DNA of 64,000 nt from Chiloscyllium plagiosum (GCF_004010195.1 NC_057718.1:94965994-95029993); one strand, 5' to 3'; shown: positions 39,401 through 53,451, counted from the stretch's first letter. A program made the numbers and translations. The notes: generated by a model from the sequence alone, not told the origin.

Positions 39401-40307
39401 CTGCCACCATATTATGTAACTAATGTGATGCAAGTCTTTTCCATTTCGTCCATGAACATTTTAAGATTAAAATGAAATACACAAGAGTAGAATAAATGGT
39501 TAAAAGAATGCCAATTTTAAAAATCTACTTCAATCATAAGGTGAGTATTTACAATTTAGCATAACTGTTTTAATACGTTCCTAAACCATTCTAAAAGGCC
39601 ACTAGTTTACAACCATTAAATTCATTACTCTAATTGGTATGACTGATGAAAAGCATTTTCTAAAATACAAAATGAAAAGGATATATTGATCTTTTCCTTT
39701 GTATTGTTTTAATTATCTATAAATCCTGGCAATGTGTAAAATTAAAAATCAAAGCAACAAAAGTGACTTATCAGCTGCTAAATACAGAAGAACAAGTGCA
39801 GATTAAGTTCTCCAGATGGAACATTTTGTATCCTATGGAATCCAACACTTTTTAAAAAAAAGGTATGTGCTATTTGGTGAACTAATGCCATGTACTTTAG
39901 GATTGTGCAGAGTATAAAAATTTCAGAAATTGTACTCCAGCCTAAATTTCTTCATAATCCTTTTCTAGAACATTTAGTCACCACCCAATAGATTTTTCAC
40001 AAGCACGAAAGAGGAAATTTTACTAGCACTTAGAGTAGTTCTCAGGCAAAAATGTTGATGTGTCTTAACCATGCCCTTTATAGTGCTGCAATGCTTTTGG
40101 CTGGGATCAGTTCCCAAATTGGGCATTAATCAGCAGAATGGAGAAAACAATATATTTAAAATTAAACATTAATCAGGCATATTAAACAAAGGAAACAAAA
40201 CTGAATTATTAACATTGAAACAGGTATATCCATGTTTGTCACAACCCAGCACACACACAATAGCATGTCACAATTGGCAAAATGCCTCAAGTGTATGCAA
40301 AGCTAAT
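36480..40307 (-). other. NAPB: Putative long NAPB 3' UTR (~3.8 kb)
   Basis: AT-rich block with no recognisable TE after the stop; minus-strand AATAAA at 38715-38720, 36666-36671 and 36505-36510. The true end is uncertain. Confidence 0.5.
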
Positions 40308-40406
40308 TCACTTGAGGTCCCCTTCTCCGTGAATGGACTTTTTGATGCGCAGTAACATTGTTGTCAACCACTGGTCCAGTCGTGATATAGAATCAAATTC
40401 CTTCAC
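40308..40406 (-). CDS. NAPB: NAPB last coding exon (99 nt including stop)
   Basis: [35 protein letters not shown] at 40310-40308. Confidence 0.95.
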   Translation of the reverse strand: MKEFDSISRLDQWLTTMLLRIKKSIHGEGDLK

Positions 40407-41799
40407 CTACAGACAGACAGAAATAAAGCCAATTCAAATTGATAGGAATGTTTAATACACACATTAAATAAAAACACCTAGAAGTGTTCTAGGTAGCTAC
40501 CAACTGAGCTATTAATATCCTTTAGATCAGCACCTCTAGCCAACTAAGGGAAAGTAGTCGATGGTCATCAGTTGTCCATTCTGGTCCTGATGCAGTAAAT
40601 GTTTTGCAGTCCAGAGCCAATACTAAGTGTTCCCAATATTTTTGTTTATTCATTCATGGGGTGTGGGGTATTGCAGCATTAATTGTCCAGAGGGTAGTTA
40701 ATAGTCAACCACATTGCTGTGGGTCTGGAGTCACATATAGGCCAGACCAGGTAAAGATAGACAAGCAGGAAGCTGGAAGAAAACAGCAAGCCAGGCAGCA
40801 TCAGGTGGTGGAGGAGAAATCGACATTTTGGGTGTAACCCTTCTTTAGGGCCAGGTAAGGATGGCAGTTTCCTCCCCTTAAAAAAGCACATTGGTGAACC
40901 AGTTGGGTTTTCTGACAATCGACAACAGTTTCACGGTCATCATTAGATTCTTAACTGGAGATTTCCAAACTCAAATTCTACCATCTGCCACGGCATGATC
41001 TAAACCTGGGTTCCCATTGTGAATAGTCTAAGCACCAGGCTATCACCTCCCTAGTGGTGATCACCATGCCTTCCAATCCGCTGGGACAAGGCACACTGAG
41101 GGCTGGTGATGAAGGGATGGTATATGGGCGTGGCTGCACAACACGATTCATTGAGTGTGGACATACCTGGTTGTCTCTTGACTGGTTTATGGGATGGCTC
41201 TCCCAATTTTGGTACAAGGCCCAGGACAACTTTGCAGCATTAACTTGGTCAGGGTGTTTCTGATGCCCAGATCTATATTGGCTGGGTACCATCAGATTTA
41301 ACTCCTATATTTGACTTTTCTACAAAGACATGCTAGCAGAGGCTATTGTGGCACAGTGGGTAACATCTTTACCTCTGGGTCAGAAGCTTCAGGTTCAAGT
41401 CTCACCTCAGGACTTGATGGCCATGGAAGTTATGTCATACAAGGCCAAACAGGTTTGTTCTCATCTGTAAACCTTATGGCAGGCAGGGAGAACAGGCAGG
41501 TTCCTGATCAGGCAGAACAATATGTACGAGTTAGGAGCAAGGGCAGATCATTCAGCCCAGTAAGTCTACTCGACCATTCAAGGTGATAAAGACTGATCTG
41601 TGTTTTGAATTCCACATTCCCATCTACTCTTGGTAACCGATGACACGGCCGAACAAAAATCCAATAAAAACCCAAATGGATGCTGTAAATCAGAAACAAA
41701 ACAGAAGTTGCTGGACAAGCTCATCAGGTCTGACATCTATGATGAGAAATCAAAGTCAACATTTTAGGTCTGGTGACCTTTCCTCAGATTCGAATGTCT

Positions 41800-43580
41800 G
41801 CCTGAAAAATATTCAGCCACACCTCCACTGCCCTTTCAAGCAGAGAATTCCAAAGTTTCACAACCTTCAGAAAAAAAAATTCTGCTCGTCTCTGTTCTAA
41901 AAGAGTGATCCCTAATCTTTAAACAGTGCCTCCTAGTCCTGGATACATCCACATGAGGAAACATCCAATCCTCATCCACCTTGTTCAGGATCTTAAATAC
42001 TTCAATTAAGTCACTCACATTCTTTTATACTGGGATGGAAACGACCCAGTCTGTCCTACATATCCTCATAAGATAAGCCACTCATTATAGGTATCAATGT
42101 GGTAAACCTCCTCAGAACTGTCATCAATACATTGACTTCTTTCTTAAACAAAGGAGACCAAAACTACTCATACTACTCTAGATGTGATCTCAAAGCCTGA
42201 ACTGAAATCGGACATTCTAACTTTTTTGTTAAATTCCTCATATAATAAAAGGACAGCATCCCATTAGCCTTTTCTATTACTTGCTGTACTGCATTCTAAC
42301 CTTTAGAGATTAATGCACTTGAATACCTAGAGCACTCTACACCTCACTACTCTACAAGCTGCAACCATTAAAATAATTCCCTTAAATGATATTGCTTTTT
42401 TATTCTTCCTGTGAAAGTAAACAATTACAAATCTTCCCACATTTTCTGACAGCTAGCCAATCTTCTATCTACGTTAATATATTACCACCGTCCAACCCCT
42501 CTCCCTCAAATCCCATGGGCTGCTGCTTTGTATAATAACTTTTCGTGTGGTGCCCTGTCAAATGCCTTCTAGAAATCCCAACACTGCAAATCTACAGGTT
42601 CCCCTTTATCCAGTGCTTCAAACAACTCCAACAAATTGTGAAGGAGAAATCCTGTTTAACCAAAACCACGTTGACTCTTCTCAATTAACTGAAGTTTTTA
42701 TAAGTATCTCCTTAATGTTCAATTCTGTCCCACATACATCAAACTAACTGGCCTATAGTTCTGTTGAAAATCTCCCTTCTTTCATGCGACTTGAAAACCT
42801 GATGAAACCTTTACAGATTTTGGAAAATACCAATGCATCTACTTCTCCAAGATGAAGATCATCTGGACCCACTTATCAGCTTCCATCAGTTTGCTTAGTA
42901 TCACTTGCCTAGGCGAATGTAATTTCACCACGTTCCCAATCCACTTCATGATTTACTGCTTATACCAGAATGGTTATTGTAACCTCTATAGTAAAGGCAG
43001 AAGCAAAACATTGGTTTATTCCATTTGCCATTTCCTCATTATTTACAATTAACTCCCTATTCTCACTCTTGAGAGGATCAACACTTACTTTACCTCCTCT
43101 TTCTTTTTTAAATTCCCATAGAAACATTTCCTGTTTGTTTTTACATTTCTGACTACTTCCTCTCATACTCAACTTTTAGTCAGTCTCAGACATGTTCTTT
43201 ATAGTCTGTCCAACTCTCTGCCCTACTACTCTGCTTTGTGCAATTAAATGCTTTTCTCCTCAAGTTTGATGCTTTCCTTAACTTGCTTCGTTAGCCACAG
43301 ACAGTGAGTGCTCCCCTTAGACCTTTCTCTTTACAGTGGAAATATACATAATCCTAAGTATTCTGAAATATCCCCATAAATAATTTGCCAATGCTTCTCC
43401 ATTGATCCATCCCCAGCCTGGTTCAGAGTTCACTTCAGCCAGCTCAGCTTACAACCTCATGTAATTGCTCTTATTTAAAAGGTGAACATCCTAATCTCGG
43501 ACAAACTGTCCCTTTCAAACTGGATGTAAAATTCAATTATATTACGGTCACTGCTACCTAGAGCTGTCTTTACTCTGAGA
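41800..43580 (-). mobile_element. Highly degraded CR1-group LINE
   Basis: DLIEVFKIL, NEEMA...NQ.FASAFT and LGSSD.NIIEF remnants. Confidence 0.7.
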
Positions 43581-43845
43581 ACACTAATTATTCTGTCACA
43601 TTGCCCACAGGAAGCTGTTGGATCCAGTTCATGAGATATATTCAAGAGGAAGCTGTACATGGCCCATGCAGCTAAAGGGATCAAGGAATGCAGAGAGAAA
43701 GTGGGAATGGGATGCTGTATAATCAGTCATGAACATATTGAAAGGAGGTGTGGGCTGAATGGCCTATTCATGCACTCTATATTGTATGTTTCTATTACAC
43801 AGTATAAGTCAATTATAACCTGTTCTCTGCTTGGTTCAAAAGTGT

Positions 43846-44134
43846 GATTAGATTAGATTACTTACAGTGTGGAAACAGGCCCTTCAGCCCAACAAGTCCA
43901 CACCGACCCACCGAAGCACAACCCACCCATACCACTACATTTACCCCTTCACCTAACACTATGGGCAATTTAGCATGGCCAAATCACCTGACCTGCAATT
44001 CTTTGTGACTGTGGGAGGAAACCCACGCAGACAAGGGGAGAATGTGCAAACTCCACACAGTCAGTCGCCTGAGGCGGGAACTGAACCCGGGTCTCTGGCG
44101 CTGTGAGGCAGCAGTGCTAACCACTGTGCCGCCC
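43846..44134 (-). mobile_element. HE1-type SINE
   Basis: Highly similar to 15019-15312; (gatta)n tail. Confidence 0.9.
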
Positions 44135-45691
44135 AAAGCTACTGAAGAAACTCTCAAAAGCATTTGACGAACTCATTCAGGCTCCCATTGCCAACCTGAT
44201 TTTTCCATTTTATTTATAAATTAAAATCGCCCACTCTTATTGCCTTCTCTTTATCATAAGCATGCGATATCTCCTCCTTTATACTTTGTCCCATCCTGTG
44301 GCTATTGATAGGTGGCCTCTAACCCATCCCTACTAGCGACTTTGCTCCCCTACTATTCCTGATCTCCACCGATCTCATGAACCAATGTCATCTCTAACTC
44401 ATTGACTCAGGCATTTACAATACAAAAGGAGGCCATTCGATCCATCATGTCCATGCTAGTCAACTGAGGTCTGCCTACACTCATCCCATTTTCCAGCTGA
44501 TGGCCCATTGTCCTTGAGGCCTCCATCAGCTCCTACATCAACCTTCACTGCTCCAAGTAAAGCAACCTGAGCCTATCCAAACTTTTCAGATAGCTCAACC
44601 CCTCCAGCCCAGACAGCATCCTGGTAAATCTCCTCTGCACCCTCTCTAAAGTACAATCACACCCTTCCTATAAAAGATGGTGACCAAAACTTCATGAAAT
44701 ACTCCATATGTGGCCAAATCAGTATTTTATACTGTTCCTTACTCTTGTATTCTATGCCTCAGCTAATAATGGCAAATATCCTGTATGTCTTCTTACCAAC
44801 TTTATCTGCCCTGCTACCTTTAGGGATAGTTACTGCAACAGTGATGTCCTTTATTAACAGTGCAACCTCTCCACCCCTACCTAACTTGCTATTTTTGCTT
44901 GAATGTTATATATCCCTCAAGATTCAGAAACCCAATTCTTATGATTATGCGGCCACATGGCTATCAGATCATAATCACTTAATGCAATGGGTGCTACCAA
45001 TTTGTTTACTTTGCTACAAATGCTGTGTGCATTCAGATACAGAGCCTACAGTGTGGTAGCTGCAGAGTCTTGCTGCAACTGAGCAACATTGAGAGACCTC
45101 CAGGCATACACGAAGGCTTAATGCAACTGATTAGTTTGCAGGGCTATTTCAGAGGGCAGCTGAGACTCAATGTATTGTGGGCTTGAAGTCAAATGCAGGC
45201 CAGACCAGGCAGGGATATCTAAAGATCACAACAATTCAAATGTTTTTACGACAATCTGGTGAGTTCCATTATGATAGGAAATGCTAGCCTCTGTTGATAA
45301 AGTAACTGAATTTAAATTCCCCCAGTTGGCATGGTGGGTTAAGCATTAATCCAGGCTTCTGGATTACTAGTCCAGTAACAGTGCCCCAAGGATGGTATCA
45401 TCAACCATGTCCTGTTAAGAGGGGTCCATGTTTCTCAATGGAAGAGTTGAACCAATATAGCAGCCAAATGGTACCCCAATGGAAATGAATTATAGGCACC
45501 ATTGTATATTTTGCATTAGACCAGCAATTCCAAAGCTCTTTCAACAAATGAAACAAACAACTAATAAATCTGAACTCCCACCACCATGGATTGACACCTA
45601 TATATATATATGGAACTAATATTATTTTTCTATTAAGAATCTCAAATAGGTGAATTGATGTGTGCACTTTTCACAACGTATCAGTACTTAC

Positions 45692-45742
45692 TGCTTCAGT
45701 ATAAGCTTCACCATTTTGTTCCTCATGAGCTTCAAGCAATTT
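45692..45742 (-). CDS. NAPB: NAPB exon 10 (51 nt)
   Basis: KLLEAHEEQNGEAYTEA; tag| acceptor, |gtaagt donor. Confidence 0.95.
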
Positions 45743-46248
45743 CTATTCACAAAGAAAAAGAACAGTCAATATTATTGTAAATGTATGTCCAGAGTCCGCC
45801 TGGCATCCACATGCTGTTACACCAGCCCTGATCAATGAAGTGACAATGAAGAGTTGGAAGGAAAGTTACGTCAAAGGATTGGGGGGGATATCTGGGGCAG
45901 TTCTGGTATCTAAGGGGAAAAAGGGGCTTGAAAGATCAGCTTTTAAGAAGAGGTTAAGTTAGTTGAGCTTTCATCATTTAGTCAGCATGTGTGGATCACA
46001 GATATGCAGAGAATGTAATGATAAACAAGACTTTCAGACTGCCAAAGCTAGTAGTTCACACTCTGTCAGTGGCTTTGGGTAAAGATCAGGTGATGCGTAT
46101 GAAAGGTTGTGCACAGAGGTAATGTGAGACATATGGAGATTGAAATATGGGAATGGTAGTATGCGTGCTGTAATGTGTATAAAGATTGAAGGTGTTCTGC
46201 AAACTCTTTCTTTGACAAACCATCAGTGCAATTATTCTCAAGCAATAC

Positions 46249-46317
46249 CTTTAAAAGTTTGCATTCTCGTGAATCGGAAAATGCTGGAAACATTTCTTCA
46301 TACTTCTCCAGAGCAAG
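46249..46317 (-). CDS. NAPB: NAPB exon 9 (69 nt)
   Basis: [27 protein letters not shown] boundaries. Confidence 0.95.
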
Positions 46318-47435
46318 CTGTGATGAAACAAACATTTAATTTCATTACATACTTGCTAAGATAAAATGTAGGCATAAAGATTCACTTATTTCTACACAAG
46401 TTTGTTTATTGTGATGATACTTATAATTGCTTGGTAGATGATATTTTTTTTTAAATGACACAATGTTGAAGCTTTCCATCTTGCACATGTCAGGACTGGG
46501 AAGCAAGAAATCAGATCTAGAAAAGGAACAACTTATACAGCACAAGAAGATGGTGCTGATTGGTTGGATTATGGGTGGCATGCATATACAGCAGGAAGTG
46601 TTAATTGTTAATCTTAGTTAGCATCCGAGGACCAGGAGAGTCAATGCTTTGGACATAAGCCCCTCCTCAGGAATGCCTGACCTGCTGTGTGTTTCTAGCA
46701 CCACACTGCGACTCTGATCTCCAGTATCTACAGTCCTCACTTTCTCCTAGATTAAATTTAAAACTAGGAAGGTGAGTCAACTAACTAAGATTGGCAGTAT
46801 CTTGAATAATTCGCACACTCTAAGAAACACTTGAAATATAAGATATCTCCATCTCCATCATAGGTACCAGCACCTCCAACCTGATTACACTTCTATAAAT
46901 TACGTGCCCTTACAAAGACATAGGAACAAACGCTATACTGGCTCAAATTCTGGAATAAGCGTAGAAGGAATGGGCTTTTCCATTCACTTCCCTTGCAGTC
47001 GCTGGGACAGACTCATCAGTGGAAACTTCCACATGTCCGGCATCTGAATTCAGCGCCCTCTACAGGGAATCTGTGGAGTTGGTGAGAAGGGGAAGAAACA
47101 GGGTGGATCCTCAACAAATCAGATTGAAGAGACCTCAGAGAGACAGAGAGAAAAGCAGCATGCTAAAACAAAAAAAAAGGACAAAAATACTTTTAATTTC
47201 AGAATTACACAATTTCTTACACTAGGGAGATACCGCCATTAAGCCCAGCAAGCCATTTTGTTGCTATTCAGGCAGATTGCATTCTATGGCCCCAGAGAAA
47301 TTGGGTTTATGCTGTTCAAACTATTTTCACTTACAAGTTGCAGAAATAAGTTTTGGACACACCAGCACGAGTTCACTTCTAAGCCATTTTCCACTGTGCC
47401 CTATTAACAATGACTAAGAAGGAAGTCACACCCAC

Positions 47436-47540
47436 CTTAGCATTGAGCTCGTCGACAATAAAATGACACAACGCGGCTTTGAAGAAATATTCCTTTGCAC
47501 TATATTTCAGCAGTGGGTTATCCATGGTGTTGGTCCCAAC
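47436..47540 (-). CDS. NAPB: NAPB exon 8 (105 nt)
   Basis: [39 protein letters not shown] boundaries. Confidence 0.95.
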
Positions 47541-47604
47541 CTGAAGGATAAAAAGCACTCTAATACACTTTACTAGGCATAACATAACAGATTCTTGCTG
47601 AGAA

Positions 47605-47628
47605 AAGAGAGAGAGAGAGAGAGAGAGA
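47605..47628. repeat. (AG)n microsatellite
   Basis: Direct reading. Confidence 0.9.
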
Positions 47629-47852
47629 TGTTCTTGATGTTTTTGTCCTGGGCCCATCAGGACAGGTGCAAGAATACCAAATCTCAAAAGGGGACAACAA
47701 TGTACACTCCATGAAAAACACTGCTCAGCTAGTCAACTCTGATTGCTTGAAGCATTGCCAGGGAGCTGCACAGGAAAACTATTGTTCCCGTGCTATGGTC
47801 AGTAAATTAAAAAGTGTTCTGCACTGGTTGTACAATATTAAAGCACTTGAAG

Positions 47853-50800
47853 CATAGAGTCACAAGAACAGACCCTTCAGTCCAACCCGTCCATGCTGAC
47901 CAGATATCCCAACCCAATCTAATCCCACCTGCCAGCACCTGACCCATATCCCTCCAAACCCCTCCTATTCACATACCCATCCAAATGCCTTTTAAATGTT
48001 GCAATTGTAGTAGTCTCCACCACTTCCTCTGGCAGCTCATTCCATACACATACCACCCTCTGCGTGCAAACGTTACCCCTTAGGTCTTTTTTTATATATC
48101 TTTCCCTTCTCACCCTAAACATGTGCCCTCTACTTCCAGACTCCCCGACCCAGGAAAAAGACTTTGTCTATTTATCCTGTCCATGCCCCTCATGACTTTA
48201 TAAACCTCTAAGGTCACCCCTCAGCCTCCGATGCTCCAGGGAAAACAGCCCCTGCCTATTCAATCTCTCCCAATAGCTCAAATCCTCCAACCCTGGCATC
48301 ATCCTTGTAAGTCTTTTCTGAACCCTTTCAAGTTTCACAACATCCTTCAAGGAGACCAGAATTGCACGCAATATTCCAAAAGTGGCCTAACCAATATCCT
48401 GTCCAGCCACAACATGACCTCCCAACACCTGTACTCAATACTCTGACCAAGAAAGGAAAGCATACTAAACACCTCTTTCACTATCCTATCTACCTGCGAC
48501 TCCACTTTCAAGGAGCTATGAACCTGCACTCCAGGGTCTCTTTGTTCAGCAACACTCCCTAAGACCTTACCATTAAGTGTATAAGTCCTGCCAAGATTTG
48601 CTTTCCCAAATTTTAGCACATGGTATTTATCTAAATTAAACTCTATCTACCACTCCTCAGCCCATATTGGCCTATCTGATCTAGATCCCGTTGCAATCTG
48701 AGGTAACCTTCTTCACTTCCCACCACACCTACAAATTTGGTGTCGTCTGCAAACTTACTAACTATACCTCTTATGCTCATATCCAAATCATTTATATAAA
48801 TGATGAAAAGTAGAGCACTGATCCTTGTGGCACTCCAGTCTGAAAACAACCCTCCACCACCACCTTCTGTCTTCTACTTTCAAGACAGTTCTGTATGCAA
48901 ATGGCAAGTTCTCCCTGTATTCCACGAGATCGAACCTTGCTCACCAGTCTCCCACGGGGAACGCCTTACTAAAGTCCATATAGGTCGCTCTGCCCTCATC
49001 AATCGTCTTTGTTACTTGTTCAAAAAACTCTGTCAAGTTTGTGAGACATGATTTCCCACGCACAAAGCCATGTTGACTCTCTCTAATCAGTCCTTGCCTT
49101 TCCAAATACATGTACATCCTGTCCATCAGGATTCCCTCCAACAACTTGCCAACCACCAATGTCAGGCTCACTGGTCTACAGTTCCCTGGCTTGTCCTTAT
49201 CACCTTTCTTAAACAGTGGCACCACGTTTGCCAACCTCCAGTCTTCCAGCACCTCAATGTGACTATCGATGATACAAATATCTCAGCAAGAGGCCCAGCA
49301 ATCACTTCTCTAGCTTCCCACAGAATTCTACAGCACACCTGATCAGGTCCTGAGGGTTTATCCACTATTATGCACTTCCTCCTCTGTAATATGAGCATTT
49401 TTCAAGATGTCACCATCTATCTCCCTACATTCTACATCTTCCATGTCCTTTTCCACAATAAACACTGATGCAAAATACTCGTTTATTATCTCCCCCATCT
49501 CCTGCAGCTCCACACAAAGGCCGCCTTGCTGATCTTTGAGGAGCTCAATCTCTCCCTATTTACCCTTTTGTCCTTAATGTATTTGTAAAAACACGTTGGA
49601 TTCTTCTTAACTTTATTTGCCAAAGCTATCTCATGTGTCCTTTTTGCCCTCCTGATTTCCCTTGTAAAGTATACTCCTCCTGCCATTATAGTTTAAGGAT
49701 TCAGTCAATCTATCCTGTCTATACCTGACATATGCTTACTTCTTTTTCTTAACTGAACCCTCAATTTCTCCAGTCATCCAGCATTCCCAACACCTACCAG
49801 ACTTTCCTGTCATCCTAACAGGAATATACTTTCTTTGGACTCTCGTTATCTCATTTCTGAAGGCTTTCCATTTTCCAGCTGTCCCTTTACCTGCAAACAT
49901 CTGCCCCCAAATCAGCTTTTGAAAGTTCTTGCCTAATATTGTCAAAATTAGCCTTCCTCCAATTTAGAACTTAATCTTTTAGATTTGGTCTATCTTTTTC
50001 TATCACTATTTTAAAACAAATAGAATAATGGTCGCTGGCCCCAAAGTGCTCCCTGACAGACACCTCAGTCACCTGCCCTGCCTTATTTCCCAAGAGCAGG
50101 TCAAATTTTGCACCTTCTCTACTAGGTACATCCACATACTGAATCAGAAAATTTTCTTGTACACACTTAACTTCCTTTCTATCTAAACCCTTAACACTAT
50201 AGCAGTCCCAGTCTATGTTTGGAAAGTTAAAATCCCATACCATAGCCACCCTATTATTCTGACAGGTAACAGCGATCTCCTTACAAATTTGTTTTTCAAT
50301 TTAGCCTCTGACTATTAGAGGGTCTATAATACAACCTCAATAAGACAATCATCCCTTTCTTGTTTCTCAGTTCCACCCAAATAGCTTCCCTGGATGTACT
50401 TCCAGGAATATCCTCCCTCAGCACAGCTGTAATGCTATCCTTTGTCAAAAACACCAGTCCCCCTCCTCTCTTGCCTCCCTTTGTCCTTCCTGCATCTTTT
50501 GTATCCTGGAACATTAAGCTGCTAGTCCGGTCCAGCCCTGAGCTGTAATTGCTATGATATCCCAGTTTCTGTAATTGCCATGATATCCCATGTTCCGAAC
50601 CATGCCCTGAGTTAATCTTCCTTCCCTGTTAGGCCTCTTGCAGTGAAATAAATGCAGTTTAATTTATCAGTCTACCTTGTACTCTGCTTTGTCCCTGCTG
50701 CCCTGACTGTTTGACTCGCTTGTTTTCTCAACTGTACCAGTCTCAGGTTGATCTCTTTTCTCACTATCTCGCTGGGTCCCACCCTCCACTCCTCCCAAGC

Positions 50801-52290
50801 AGCTCTAGCAAATCTTCCTGCTCGTATATTAGTCCCTTTCCAATTCAGGTGCAATCCGTCCTTCTTGTACAGGTCACTTCTATCCCAGAAGAGATTCCAA
50901 TGATCCAAAAAAGTGAATCCTTCTCGCATACACCAGCTCCTCAGCCATGTATTCATCTGCTCTATCCTCCTATTCCTACCCTCACTAGCTCGTAGCACTG
51001 GGAGTAATCCAAATATTACTACCATCGAGGACCTCCTTTTTAGATTCTTGCCTAACTCTATATATTCTCACTTCAGAATCTCATCCTTTTCCCTTCCGAT
51101 GTCGTTGGTTCCAATGTGTGCAATGACCTCCTGCTGGCTCCTCTCCCCCTGGAGAACATTCTGCACCCTCTCCGAGACATCCTTGATCCTGGCACCAGGG
51201 AAGCAACACCATTCTGATTTTCGCTGCTGGCCACTGAAACGTCTGTCTGTGCCTCGGACTAGAGTGTCCCCTAACACAAAATCAATCTCTTTGAACCTGA
51301 CATACCCTTCATTGCATTAGAGCCAGTATCGATACCAAAAATCTGGCTGTTCGTTCTACACTCCCCTGAAAATCCATCACCCTTACATTTTCGAAAACAG
51401 CATACTTGTTTGAAATGGGGATAGCCACAGAAGATTCCTGCACTACCTAGATACCTCTCTCACTTTTCCTGAAGTTAATCCATCTATGCGACTGTATCTG
51501 TGACTTTTCCCCCTTCTTATAACTGCCATCCATCACATCCCCCTTGCTCTTTTAAGTTTCTCATTGCCTCTAACTGTCTTTCCAACCAATCCATTCAAAC
51601 TGATAGGATTTGCAACCAACGGCATTTATTGCAGATATAATCCTCAGTAACATGTTAACTCTCCCTAAACTCCCACATCCAACAAGAAGAACATATCACT
51701 CCGCTAAGGGCCATTTTTGTTTCTTCCAATATGCGGACCCAGAAAATGGCACCGTCTTATTCCTCTACAAAACACTGCTCCAGGCTAACTTAATTATTAT
51801 GGCTTATACTTTTACGTTTAATCAAGAGGCATATCTCAATAAAACATAATCAAGAAAGAACCCACTCTACTCACTACTGCAGACTTACAGCAAGGCCACA
51901 CTCAGTACTATTCACTTATCTGTTTCTGTGCTGTGACCTCTCCCTAACAGATTCCTCCAAGATCAGTTGTGAATTTCACTGTTTGTTAATTTTCCCAGAC
52001 GCACTCCAATGTCCAGCAATACATAAATTCAAACAGCAAAGGCAGCAACTGTGCAGGTTCACTGCTGCGTCAGTTAGCAGTGTGGGTTTCTTTTCCTCTC
52101 TCTCCTACACTGACCTGACCATGTACTATCCTTGTCTGTTCCTCTCCCTTTTAAAAGTGCTGTTGTTTTGACTTTTTTTCCCTCCAAAGTTCTGAAACAA
52201 TGCAACAGCTTATAAAACAGTAATTGCTTGCTCCTGGAATTTGAGGAAATCACCTCCAACACCTAAAAAAAATAAGGAGCAGCTGTTACA
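47853..52290 (-). mobile_element. Near full-length CR1 LINE (pseudogenised): ORF1 zinc finger/leucine zipper + SGNH esterase; ORF2 APE + RT
   Basis: ATG at 51714 MALSGVICSSCWMWEF...YICNKCRWLQ; esterase motifs GDTLVRG, CFPGARIKD, HIGTNDI, DGLHLN; APE WDFNFPNIDW and SDH; RT QHGFVRGKSCLTNL and SKFADDTK; 3' tail at 47853. The 5' end is approximate. Confidence 0.9.
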
Positions 52291-52891
52291 GCCAGGCATT
52301 TTGGATTGTGATGAGGAAATTTTTCCATATGACTTGTCTTTTATTGTTGTCTCCTTCAATCAAATAACTCTTATCAGTATAAACTATATCAGGTTAAATG
52401 TAAGAATTGCTTGTTTAAGTAATTTGCTTGATATTTTAAACTTGAGGACAAGGTCAGGCGATTGCGGACCATGATTTTGACCCTGGAATTAAAGTTATTG
52501 GGAGATAGCCCAGCATCTGGAAGTGATTTTGCCAATTGCTTTGCTGAACAAAACAAAACCCCAAGACTAAGATGAGACTCTCTGAAAATGTTCGAAGAGG
52601 TACAGCTGACCCACCCTCCTGTAAAAGCACTCTGATTGAACAGAACAGAAGTGATCCAGGGTTGTGAAAGGTTTAAAAGGTCAAAAAAGGCTACAATACT
52701 CTTCCCATTCCACCTTTCAAACAATGTGGAGGGATATGTTACGGAATATATTGGGATCAGGGATGGGTCCCAGAGCCACAACCACAGTGGCCCCACTTAT
52801 TCGACCCCAGTGTTAACCCTTGTTCTGATTAGCATTAGATAATTGAAGCAAGAGGTGTGGCAAATGTAGAATAAAACAAGTCCCTTTATGT

Positions 52892-53162
52892 TAGAGTCCG
52901 GGTGTCTCTGGAGAAGGAGCACGCAGTGTCCACCAACACCCTGGAGCCGTTCAGGGAGAGGTGGGTGCCACTGGATGTGGAGTGCATTATTTCCCCCTCC
53001 AACTCTATTTTGATTTAATCCCTGCCCTCCCCTTCACTGTTTGATCGCACAACATTGGCCTTTGATGCGAAGCTTGTCAACTGGACACTTGGGTGCTCCT
53101 TTTCTTTCGGGTGGGTGGAAACTGAATAAAGTTTTGTGCACCTTGTGTCTTTCACTGTGTCT

Positions 53163-53196
<34 letters not shown>

Positions 53197-53252
53197 GGGA
53201 AAAAAGAAAAAAAAGAAAAAAGATATAAAAGAAAGAAAAAATAAATAAATAA
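52892..53252 (+). mobile_element. Tx1-like (L1 group) 3' end with AATAAA, (CA)n and A-rich tail
   Basis: RVRVSLEKEHAVSTNTLEPFRERWVP...ECII...*; degenerate 21-bp TSD at 52871-52891 and 53253-53273. Confidence 0.7.
53165..53194. repeat. (CA)n microsatellite in the Tx1-like 3' UTR
   Basis: Direct reading. Confidence 0.9.
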
Positions 53253-53280
53253 ATAAAACAATTCTCATTTTGTAACTGAC

Positions 53281-53365
53281 CTGCTCGTAGATTTCTATTG
53301 CCTTCTGATACTGTTCCAGCTGGGCTGCATAGGCCGCTACTTTCAGCAGACACTTATTAGCAGAA
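53281..53365 (-). CDS. NAPB: NAPB exon 7 (85 nt)
   Basis: [28 protein letters not shown]; follows an 86-nt intron. Confidence 0.95.
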
Positions 53366-53451
53366 CTGAAACAAGAATGACCAAATTAGCAGTGCTTCCA
53401 GTAGCGTTAATAGAAATACGATGTACGTGTTCATTAAACACTGATAAATAC

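Noticed and set aside
41340..41420. tRNA gene-like sequence (also ~16715-16770 and the HE1 heads)
   Set aside because: These are SINE heads with A/B boxes but no complete cloverleaf.
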